In this document: in pieces, positions 23,801 through 36,300 of the stretch
How positions within the stretch are numbered: position 1 is the stretch's first letter
How the letters are laid out: every line of letters starts with the position of its first letter
Assembly: GCA_028534125.1 (NCBI GenBank)
Contig: CM052817.1
Span: 40,612,001-40,676,000, forward strand
Source of the DNA: Lama glama
Taxonomy: Eukaryota
Length of the DNA stretch: 64,000 nt
Direction of reading: 5' to 3'
Translations under genes and position numbers: made by a program
The notes under the pieces: generated by a model
The model's database searches: none
Told to the model about the DNA's origin: nothing
What the model saw: the letters and a program-made list of their open reading frames with translations, nothing else

Positions 23801-26800
23801 AGATCTGACTTTTAATCACATTGCTAGCATTAAAAAATGTTATCAATATTTTTCTTAATCAGGGAAATAGTTTTAATTTTGTTAAGAAAACAAATTAATA
23901 TTTTATTTCATCTTTGTCTCATTCTTTTAATTTCTATTTTTCTGTATGTTTTATAATATATAACATTATTATAGAAGAACATATATACCTTATATATAAT
24001 TTATATCTATATATTTAAATGCAGTCTCAAGAATATTTTACAAATAAGTATGCATGATCAAGAAACCCTATAGACAATTGTCTTAAAAACATTTTTGCAA
24101 ATGTGTACCAAAAGTTCAATGTAGTATTGTTCCTTAAAAAGAAAAAGTTGGAATCTACATTAACGTTTTATTAAAAGAGGAAAGGAAAGGATAAGCACAC
24201 TGTATTTCTTAAAATGGTAATGTTATGCTGTCAGAAGTTAAACTGATAAATTAGAGCTAAGTGTATCAAAATGAACACCTCTCAAAAACATAGGTAGAAC
24301 TGAAAACTCAGGTTGCAGAAGGGTACAATCATTATAATGTCATAAATACAAAGTTTAGAAATGCAAAACAATACTATAGACACACACACAGATAGTAGAT
24401 CTTCAAGAGATTTTGTTGAATTAACCAATGAGTAAAAGGTGCAAGGATAGCAAAGATAAGAGGGAAAAACTCAGCCTGTGTAATGAATGAGGAGATGACT
24501 CTTGAGCTGGGTTTTGATGGATGAATAGAAGTTTTCCAAGGCAAGGAAAAAGAGGGAACAGTATATTTAAAGGTGTGAAATCATGCAATGTGTACTTTGG
24601 AGAATTACAAATAGTCTGGTATTTTTTGAGACTTATAAACTACAGGACCATGACCTCTGGATGACAATATAGTCAGAAGAAAGCTCACTAAGTTAGAGAC
24701 GTTGAACCGTACCCTGGTGTCCGACAAAGGTGCACCACTGGAGGGTTTTAAAAAGGCTATAGATAATATCCATACTTTCATTTTAAAAGAATATTTATAG
24801 TGTCAGTGTGGAGGATGACTGGAGTAGAATAGAACTAAAAGGCGGGAGAACAATTAAATCTGGGAATTACCAGAATCAGGCAAGAGATAACTGATCTTGG
24901 AGTGAGACAGTGAGTGGCAATGGATGAGCAGAAGGTGGATTTAAGAGATTTAGCCATTCTGTGGAATACTATTTAGCAATGAAAATGAATAAAATATTAA
25001 CACAGAACAACATGGATATTATAAACATTATGTTAAGTAAAAGAAGTCAAACACAAAAGACTATGTATTTTATGATTCTATTTATACAATGCTCCAGAAG
25101 AGGCAAGACTATAGTAACTGAAAGCAGATCAGTGGTTGGTTGGGGTCAGAGGTAGGGTTAAGTCAACTATAAAGGAGGGATGAGGAAGATTTTAGGATGG
25201 AAGAGCTGGTCTACAACTTGATTGTGGTCACACAATTATACACAATTACCACAAGCCATTAAACTCCACTTAAGGTGGGTGAATATTATATGTAAATAAT
25301 GCTTTGGTAAGTTGTTTTTAAAGAAGTAAAAATGAGCCTAAGAACAAAAAAGATTTAGGAAGGTGAATTAATAGAACTTGATGAGTAAAAAGTATGTGTA
25401 GACTTTGCTTTACCTGGTGGCTGTGTTTCTAGAAACTATCTGTAAAAATGAAATTTTAAATGCTCAGAGGAAGCTTTCAACCTTTAGTGATTGTTTTAAA
25501 ACTATTTTTTAATACAGAATTTCAAACACATACAAAAGTTAACAGGTGGCATAATGAGCCCCTATATTCTCAACATCCAGTTTTAACCATTGTTATATTA
25601 TGGCCAATTTTATTTCATTTATACCCCATTCTACTCCCCAACTCCTGAACTATTCTGAAGCAAAATTCAGATGTTACATAATTTCACTCATAAATATTTT
25701 AGTATATACCTCTAATTAGTAATGACTCTTTTCAAAACATAACCACAATGCCATAGTGGTTTCACTGGTGTATGCAGCTATCAAAATTCATCAAATTGTA
25801 CATTCGAAATATGTTTAGTTTGCTGTACAGGAAACATACCACAATGAAGGTGTTTTAAAAAAAACATAACCACAATGCCATTATCACACCTAAAAATTAA
25901 TAATATTCCTTAATATCATCTAGCATCCAGCCAGAGTGCAAATATCTAGTTGTCTCATGAAGCTGTGAAATTTCACTTTTATAGTTTGTTTGAATCAAAA
26001 TCCAAGTAAGGACCACACACTGCAATTGATAATACCTTCTAAGTCTTTTTTTGGGTAAGTTTCCTTCTCCTTTTTTCCCTTGCAATTTATTTGTTGACTA
26101 ACCTCTGTGTTTCTTAATGTAAGAAATCCTCCTTTTACACAAATAACCATCTGTTACTTTAATGGGTTTTAAAATTTGGATTGTTTTATAATTATTCTTT
26201 TAATACTTCAGTTGCATTTCAATAATTTTTTTCATGAAGCCATAGCTTGGTGACATACGATTCTCTCACTTACTGTCCCAGGTGTATTTTTGCTTTGGGC
26301 AGTTTGTCTCAAGGGTAGTGAGCCTGTGCTTTCGAGCAGTATTTAGGTATCAAGAGAGCTCTGTAACACTCACAGTTGTTTGTAGATTAGCTGTCTTATC
26401 AGAGAAGATATTCAATCTTTCCTCGTTTTCCAAAATTTTATCAATATTTTGGGTCAGAACATTTTTTACATCAGTCACTTGACTCCTCAGTGTGGACATC
26501 GAGCTGTCATCTTGATTTTTATTGTATTTCATCTATATAGAAGTGAAATATAATATAAATTTTATTTTCTATAAGTGAAATCTGTTATGATACACTGTAT
26601 AAATTAGAACAAAGGTGTCAAAGGCACATCTCACGTGCATTTCAGCATAAGGAATCAACTAAGCCTCAAATTGTCTCACCTTAATCTTGCAGGAAAAATG
26701 GAGGGTGGCGGGAGCAGGGCTGTATCAGTGTATTCAATCAGCAGTGGAAGCTTCTTTTTAAGTTTAAACTTTTTGTTTGTTTATTAGTAGAGACTTTTAA

Positions 26801-29800
26801 AAAAGAGCAGTTTTAGGTTCACAGTAAAATTGAGTGAAAAGTACGGATACTCCTTATCCCTGACACATGCACAGCCTTCCTCACCATCAACATCCTGCAC
26901 TTGACTGGTACATTTGTCACAATGGGTGACCCCACATTGATGCATCGTTATCATACAAAGCCCATAGTTTACATTAGTGTTCACTGTTAATACTGTAAAT
27001 TCAACGGATTTGGACAAATGTATAATGACATGTATTCATTTTTACAGCATCATACAGAACAGCTTCATTGCCCTTAAAATCCTTTGTGCTCCACCTAATC
27101 ATGCTTCCCTTTTCCCTAAGCCCTGGCGACAACTGGTCTTTTTACTGTCTCCATAGTGTTGCCTTTTCCAGAATACCACATAGTTAGAATCATACAATGT
27201 GTAGCATTTTCATATTGGCTTCTCTCACTTAGTAATATGAACTTAAGATTCCTTCATGTCTTTTCATGGCTTAATAGCTCATTTTTTTTAGGGTTGAATA
27301 ATAGTCCATGGTTTGGATGTACTGCAGTTTATTTATCCTATGGAAAGACATCTTGGTTGCTTCCATGTTTTGGCAATTATGAATAAATCTTCTCTAACAT
27401 CCATATACAGGTTTTTGTGTGGATGTAAGTTTCAATTCCTTTATGTAAATACCAAGGAGCATAATTGCTGGATCATATGGTAAGAGTATGTTAGTTTTGT
27501 AAGAAACTGCCAAATTGTCTTCCAATGTGACTGTACCATTTTGCATTCCCACCTGCAGTGAATAAGAGTTTCTACTGCTCCACATCCTTGCCAGCATTTG
27601 GTGTTGTGAGTGTTTTGAATTTTGGCCATTCTAATAGGTGTGTGAGGGGTATCTCATTGTTACTTTAATTTTCAATTCCCTAATGACATATGATGTTGAG
27701 CATCTTTTCATATGCTTATTTGATATCTGTATATCTTCTTTGGTGAGGTATCTATTCAAATCTTTGACCTATGTTTCAATCAGGTTGTTTATTTTCTTAT
27801 TGTTGAGTTTTAAGTGTTCTTTGTATATTCTGGATTATAGTTCTTTATCACATTTCTCTTTTGCAAACATTTTCTCCCAGTCTGTGGCTTGTCTTCTCAT
27901 TCTTGTGACAGTTTTTTGATCCAATTTGACAATTTCTGTCTTTTAATTGGTGTATTTAGACTGCTAACTTTTAAAGTGATTATTGATATGGTTGGATTAA
28001 TATCTTCCATATTTGTTACTGTTTTCTATTAATTGCTCTTGTTCTTTGTTCCTATTTTTGTCTTCCACTCAATCTATATGAAAAATGATCTCTAAGATAT
28101 AGTGTTATATTAAAAAGGTAAGCTGCAGCTGCAGAACAGTATTAAATAATAACTTATTAAGCACTTAGTATGTTCCAGGCACTGTTTTAAGCACTTCACA
28201 CATGCTAGTTCATTTAATTCCCAAACCACTATATAAAGTAGTACTCCTACTGTCTCTTATTTTCTAAATAAGAAAATTCAGACTGAGAGAAGTTAATATA
28301 TTGCCTGATTTTACACAGCTAGAGGCTAAGCAAGAAGCTCCAGAGATTAAGCCTTTACTCATTGTATAATTCTGGTAGGTTACACACCAAACTGTTAACA
28401 GTGCTCACCTCAAGGGAGTTTGATTGAGACCGTAGGAAATACTCATATTTCACTTTAAATACTTTTGCTTTATCTCACTTTATTAATGACTATTACTTTT
28501 TGAATAAAAATGATATAAAAACCTCTTGATCTTTGGCAAGTGATCAAATCTACCTTAAACAGAACTCTGATCTTGGTTCCTGGACCATACAACTCATAGT
28601 TGACGTTCTGTCAGGAGCTTACTAGTTGGATGTAGAAAAGAGGGAACTGTATCCCTCCAAAAAGATACCTTCAAATCCTAATTCTGGATACCTGTGAATG
28701 TGACCTTATTTGGAAATAAGGTTTTTGCAGATATAATCAAGTTAAGATAAATAGTGAATCTTTGATTTTTCTTTTTGTTTCTTTTCTCTTTTCCTCTCCT
28801 TTTAAAAAGTGCTTAATCTTTTTTAATCTAAGAGATGCATCTAAGTTTTGTTAAGATAATGTATTCATAGTCCATTCAGTGGTATTTGGTACATTTATAT
28901 ATATACATATATATAATTAAAATATATAATATATAATTAAAACTCTCTCAAAACTACTTTTTTTTTGCTGTGTGCATTTTGTTAATTATAGTATAAAAAA
29001 TTCAACAAGTTTTATAAAATTTTCTGCAGATTTAAAGCCCACCAGGTTAGTTTATAAATGTTAAACAGGAATCTTTTTGATGTCAGATGTGTTAACTGCT
29101 TAAAATGTGCATATTTTTGCATGGTAACTAGTTTTCACGGAGCTATGATAATAATATATTTTGGCTGCATTGAATATTACAGAATTCTTCATAAGAAATA
29201 TTTAATATATCTATCCTGAGTTATTTTTTCAGGCATTGCGGTGGGCACACCATACGGTGACCCCCACTGAGTCACATCTTTGTAAGATTTCCCCCGCTTA
29301 AGTGTGATTTTCTCCTAATGAATGGAAGCAAAGGTGATGCAGTGTTACTCCTATGATTATGTCATATTATATAACAGTTAGCAGACTGGAGTGAGAGGTT
29401 CCTCTGCTGGCTCTGAAGAAGCAAGCCCTGTGCTGAGGATGCTCACGTGGCAAGGAGCTGCCATCAGTCTTTAGGACCAGGGGTGTCCTCCGGCCACCAG
29501 CCAGCAAAAAGTGGCATCCCTTGCACAGCTCTGAGGAAATGAACTCTGTAACAACCTGAATGAGGCCAGAAGCAGATTCTTCCCCAGAGCTTCCAGATGA
29601 GAACACAGCCGGCTGACACACGGACTGCAGCCCTGAGAGGCCCTGAGCAGAGAACCCAGTTAAACCGAGCCTCGATTTCTGACCTATACTAACTGTGTGA
29701 GATAGTAAATGTGTCGTGTTTCTGGCTGCTGATTTGCGGTAAATTTGCTACACATACACTGAAAACTGATGCAGGTATACTTAAAATATTTTATTATGGA

Positions 29801-30322
29801 AAAGTTCAAATATATACAGAAACAGAGTGAATTATTCAGTGTGCCCATCACCTAGTTTCAGCATGACCAGTCTTATTTCACCTATACAACTATCGATTAC
29901 CACTTCCCCAAATGTATTATTTTAAAGCAAATCCCAGACAGTCTATTATTTTAATCTGTAAATGCTTCATTTTGTATCTCTAGAAGATACAGCCTTATTT
30001 TTCTTAAAAACAAAATCATGACATCTAAAAATATTCCTTAGTATCATCAAATATTTGGTTTGTCCCTTGTACACTGTTGGTGGGAATATAAACTGGTGCA
30101 ACTACTGTGGAAAACAGTGTGGAGGTTTCTCAACAAACTAAAAATAGAACTACCATAAGACCCAGCAATTCCATTCCTGGGTATATATTTGAACAAAAAT
30201 AAAAGTACTAATTTGAAAAGATATATGCATCCCGATGTTCATAGCAGCATTATTTACAACAGCCCAGATACAGAAGCACCCAAAGTGTCCATCAACAGGC
30301 CAATAGATTAAGAAGATGTGAG

Positions 30323-30362
<40 letters not shown>

Positions 30363-33300
30363 GAATACCACTCAGCCATAAAAAAGAATGAAATATTGCC
30401 ATTTGCAGCAACATAGATGGACTTGGAGGGCATTATGCTAACTGAAATAAGTCAGACAGAGAGAGACAAATCCTGTACATCACTTACATGTAGAATCTAA
30501 AAAATACAACAAACTAGTGAATATAACAAAAAAGAAGCAGACTCACAGATATGGAGAACAAACTAGTGGTTACCAATGGGGAGATGAAATGGGGAAGGGG
30601 TAAGACAGGGGTAGGGTAGTAAGAGGTAGACACTATTAGGTATAAAATAAGCTACAAGGATATACTGTACCACACAGGGAATATAGCCAATATTTCATAG
30701 TAACTATAAATGGAGTATAATCTTTAAAAATTGTGAATCATTATATTGTATACCTGTAACTTAAATAATATTATACAGTAACTATATCTCAATAAAAGAA
30801 AAAAATTTAAAAAATTTATTATGTTAAAACATACATATCATAAAATGTGTAATTTTAACTATTTTCAACTGCTTAGCTCAGTGGCATTAAGGATATTCAC
30901 CTTGCTGTGCAGCTATCACTACCATCCATCTCCAGAACTTTTTTATTTTCCCAAACTGAAACTCTGTACCCATTAAACAAGAACTCCTCCTCCTCCCTTC
31001 CACTCAGTCTCCGGCAACCGCCATTCTACTTTGTCTCTATTAATCTGATTACTCTATGTACCTCAAATAAGTGGCATCACACAGTATTTGTCCTCTCGGA
31101 CTGTCTTATTTCACTTATTAGGGACTACTTAAAATATTTACTTTAATAGGACTTTATAATTGTGTAAAATAGTTACAACAGTTCCAAGTCAACATTCATT
31201 CAGAAAGGTCTAGTTTCTATTCCTGTCCCCATCTCTACACAGGCAACCATTGAAATGCTTTTGGTTTATCCTTCCCATGTCCTCCTGTCCCACCCTTTTT
31301 CACTATAAGCAAAAATACATTTGTGTTTATTCCCTCTTTCTTAAATGGCTGCATACAAGATGATAAGTAAATAATAGAATGCTATACATATTTTCTCTAT
31401 CTTGCTTTACTCACTTATCAATGTATCTTGGATATCATTCCTTGTCATTATATAGAGATAGAAGTTCTTACTTCTCATTCACCTTAACAGCTCTTAACTC
31501 ATAATTCCTGATTAGTTAGATGTAACACTAACAATGTTTAGGAATACAGTTGGAGGTTACATACCATATACTTTCCTAATACTTGTTGAAAATCTGCAGC
31601 GACTGCATTTGAAGGAGAAAAATGTTCTCGTGCCATCAAAGGATTTCTCAGAAAAGCCTCACTAACCTGAGAAAATTAATGGAAATATTTAAACTATACA
31701 GATAATTTCAACTGGAGAACTACAGAGCAAGCATTATTTGAAGCAAAGTCTGGCAGAAACTGGCAAGAAAAGAAACCAGAACATTTCTGGATTTTTGGTG
31801 TCTGGGTGTCCTTTCTATTTAAAGATACAGTATTAATGAAAACTGTGCTTTCCCAGTCTTCTCCACCACAGAAGTACAGACCACAGCCTCATATCGTGAG
31901 ATTGCAGGTGCTGCCTTGACTGTTTGGTATTGGCGTTTCTGGGGAGGTGAGGGGACTTGCAGATGTTTCCTTCTGGCAGAGAAGGAAAGATGGGATTCCA
32001 TGATATCTTCTAAATAAATCCTTTCCATTTTCCCTTCCTGCCCCTACCCTCAAAATCCATTCAACAATAACAAAACAATCCCAACTAAATGTCATGATAC
32101 TATTTTTCAAAACCTATAGGGTTGTTATATGACATTTCAAAACTTCAAGAAGGAATTTTGACAATTCTGACAATTCGGAAGTAGTAGTAGCCATCATGTG
32201 GTTAGAAGTTTTGTGTCATATAGTTTTGAAAAGTTGGTAAAGTTGAGATGTTCTTCCATAATGGCAGAGAAGGAAAAAAAATTAGAGTGGAGTCAGTTAA
32301 ATGGCTAACAACGTTTAGCAGGTAGATGCTAATGACTGTCTCGGCATAACTGTAGAGTAAACTACAGTATTAGGTCTTGTAATCTTTGATTCTATATATC
32401 GTTACAGTTTGAGTTGTGTTAAAACAAGTTGTTATGCTAAACAAATAAAATGTATGCATTATTCATGACTGTGACTGGAGAATAACTATTAGTAACTATA
32501 GTATAGCTGACTGATTTTTCCATGAATATTTTTTGTTAAGGTATTTATCCTAAATTATATATTTGTGAATAAAATTGAAGATTAGTATTATTTACTTTTT
32601 AAAATAAGATACAAACATACTATCTGGACCAGAAAGTTATCAGAATAATGGTTTAGCCGTGGTCTGTCTCTGAGACTGCCTTTCACAGTCTTATTCTAGT
32701 CGGAGATTAAATGCTGGGTGATAGCAACAGATGATATCTATCGAGAAGGTTAATTACCCTTTGAGAAACTTATAAAATCTCATTTATCCACATAAGTACA
32801 TACATATAAGTATTCTATTTAGCATATTTTATATTTGCCAGGAGTTTTCAGGTAAGATGTTTCCTGAAGATAGTATGTCTTGAGTAAAACAGTTTTTTCA
32901 TTTAACTCATACAATTGATTCATATTTTCTACCAGAAATGTCTTACAATAATTATTTGAAAATTAAATACATATGCTATTGAAAAGGTATATTAAATATT
33001 AGTAAAGCTAATTTTTCTTATTTTTAAAGAACAAAATAAATACACAGATTCTAGTAGATCTGGGTGGATTGTCTTTGCAGATCTTGCTTTAGAGTCAGGG
33101 GAGGTATGAAAGCAGGAGACAGATGAGGGATGAGGGCAAGAAATCTCTGAAGGTCATGTAGATGTTAATCTAGCAGACATGTATGATCTGCTTTTGGTCA
33201 GTGACGTTATTACTAATAAACTATAGAACAGACACCTAATAATTTCAGTAACTGAAGAAGTCCTTAAAGTAGTACAAGAAATTACTTACATTTTTAAGAA

Positions 33301-36300
33301 ATGCAGATGGTGTTATGGTATCCAAGGTATTGTCTGAAGCACATAGGTAAGTGATTCCATCAATAAACAGAGTATGGTAGACAAAGCTTTGAAAAGAATA
33401 CATTCATTTACATAACATTAAAGAAATTAAGCAATGACACAGAGAATTTAATTTCATTTTCAAGCTCTCACTAACAGTGTAAAAACTATGTAGATAACTT
33501 TTTATAATCAGAATAATTAGAGAATCTATCATACATTTGAAAAATCAAAGTAAATTACGTTAAATAAAAACTCTCTAAAAGTGAAGGCCTTTTGGCCTGA
33601 GGCACTGGAAAGGTAACATGTGGAAGGCTGTAGGGGGAGGTTTGGTTTTGGAACTAAGTTTGAGATGCCCATTAGATATCCAACAGAGACGTAGAAGAAG
33701 CAGTTGGATATACAAGTCTGGAGTTCAGGGAAGAGATCCTCAAAAGACTCAAATTAGAATGTCCACTGTAGGTTAAGCAAATAGTAGAGGAGGATAGTAT
33801 CTTTTTTTAAAAAAAAATCATTTCAGCTAATAAGTGAAAATAAAATTAGATGTCACCATTTTGCAACCCCCCAGTAAATTAATGGCTCTAGGATGTAGGC
33901 AGTGAACGTCAATGGCTGCTAGCATGCCAAAAGGAGACATACGCAGACGTTATGTACCATCTGATGAAAAAACACCTGTAGTCTTGCCAAAGGGATCATG
34001 CCACCGGATCCAGCTGCTTGGAACATGGTGAATTGTACTTTGAATATGCAATCAGCAAAACCAGAATGTGGGAAGCTCTACAGATTCTTCAACAATAAAT
34101 TGTAAGGAAAAGAAAGGGAAGGAGGGGAAATATGTGGGTTAAAGAGACTTAGAAAACATCAATTTCAAAAATGGGCAGGATTGGGCTCTTGTGTCTGAGG
34201 ATGCATATTTAGGTACTGAGGCAATAAACAGGATAAATGACTGCAACAGAAGTTGGAATGATGGTTGATTTGAGGGGGAGGGAGGCAACTGTGAGCAGGA
34301 CAGACTACATGGTGCGGAGTTTTAGGGGGAGCTGGCAGTACTCCATTTTCTGACTTAGGTGATAGTTGCAGTTGGTTGGTAGTGGGGTTCTTCGAAAAAC
34401 TTCATGAAACTATACATTTGCTTGATGAGGTTTTTTTGTTTTGTTTTATTTTACAATATAAAGGTTAAAACAAACCTCCTCTTAAAAAAAATGATGAGTC
34501 TAAAAATTATAGAAGCTTTCTTATTCCTCACCTGTTCTTTTACTAGCAAAAGGTTTTTAAGACTGGTTTAGGCCATACCATGCAATGTCCCAAGTAAATC
34601 TTAATGATCTTATTACAGATATTTTCAAGTGGAAGTCTCCTTTTTTATTAATGAAATATTTTGGGTATGCCAACAAAGTATGGAGAATAAGATAACAAGA
34701 ACAGTTGTAGACCTACCATCCAGTCAAAATGTTACAGAGACAATTAATGTCCCCACAACTTCTTCTCCCTTCTCTTTGCAGAGGGAACTACTATTTTGAA
34801 TTTAGGGTTCATCATTCCCATTCATCATTTTATACTTTTACATATAAAAGTTCTCCTTTCTGAGGGTTCAATCAAGAGTCTGTGCAACAAATATTTTTTC
34901 CCTATGTCATTATCATTGGAATTATTAGCTAGTAATTATTGAAAAGTAGGCTTTTATTAGAGTATACCATACCTTCCCATATGAATTATGGTCTTTGGTT
35001 CAGCTCTAAGAAGCACTAGTTTAAGCACTGTTGCAGCTGCTTCCTAAAAATAAATTGTCAGCATTTACTTTGCAGAAGGCTGTAGTGTCTTTCATTATTC
35101 ATCTCCTTAATTTACCAATGTTCTGTTTAGTTTATTAAGGAACAACTGTTTACTAGGAGGACAAATGGGTGGTTATTCGTAATGCATGGTAAGAGGCAAG
35201 TTATCATGAAATACTCATATGAATCTGAAGGAAAATAATAAAATTACATAAATATACATATACTTTGTACATACACATAAGTATGGAAATATAAGTTGCA
35301 CTAATTAGTCTTATTTTTACAACACATTATTATATATGGTTTCAAGGCTGTGAAGTATTATCTAATCAAGTATCTTTTCAGTGACCTCTATGAAGCTACA
35401 TATAAAATGTTAATGGATTAAAAGTATTCAGCTTTTAGTCTGCGAATAACTTAAGCAGTCTTCTTTCTCTTCTTTTTTGATTAAGATAAAAAATTTTATT
35501 CATTATTATTCACTGATTTTTTTTCTAAAAAACAAATAATTACTAAGATCTCTCATGCCTGTTTCTTATAAGGCTTATTCTTTGGGGGAAATTTTGCAAG
35601 GTACTGCGATTATCCAGATACCTTAAGTACAGTTGATTGTACGGAATCCCATAAATTGACTTTACACATGTGAAAGGGATGTGAAAGTAACCTAAGAAGA
35701 CTTGAGTAGCCGCACTCCTGATTAACTTTTCCATTTTTATAAAATGATACTGGAAATGAAAACTTTTTGGGAGAGTAAGGCTTATTACTAATGGTAAAGA
35801 GTAAAACTTGAAATTATTGGTATTGCCTGAAAAATCCAGGCAGTATTCTCTAGAAAAGGATTTCCTAAGAAACATTAAGGGAATCTATAATCTTTCAATT
35901 ACTCTGTTCTCTTCACTGGATCATATTCCCCTACCTTTCTCCAGGTGTCTCTGTCAGAGTATATAAACAATGAAATCATAGAAAAATGAGAAACGAAGCA
36001 AATGGCAACGTGAGGCAGTAAAATGAGTGACAGCTTGGGCTGCGGTACTGTTTCTAGAGTTGATGTGCTGCACAGCTTGAGAAGGTGACTTATCTGGGTC
36101 TGTTTCCTTGTGTGAAAAATGAAGGGACTGGGCAAGATGATCTCTAGGATCCTGTCCAGCTCCATCATGATTTGATTTCATGATTAAGCTTTGGTAGGTA
36201 CTAATATTGTCTAATAAGTATAAAATATTTGTGACATTAATATTTAGCACCAAGGAAAGGCATGTCCCTTGAAGCTCTTTGTCATCCTTTTTCTCCTCTC

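Noticed and set aside
26350..26373. Read-through of exon 5 into intron 5 (VSVTELS*), giving a soluble TM-less isoform
   Set aside because: The GTGAGT donor is strong and a proper terminal exon exists; no sequence evidence for intronic termination beyond chance hexamers.
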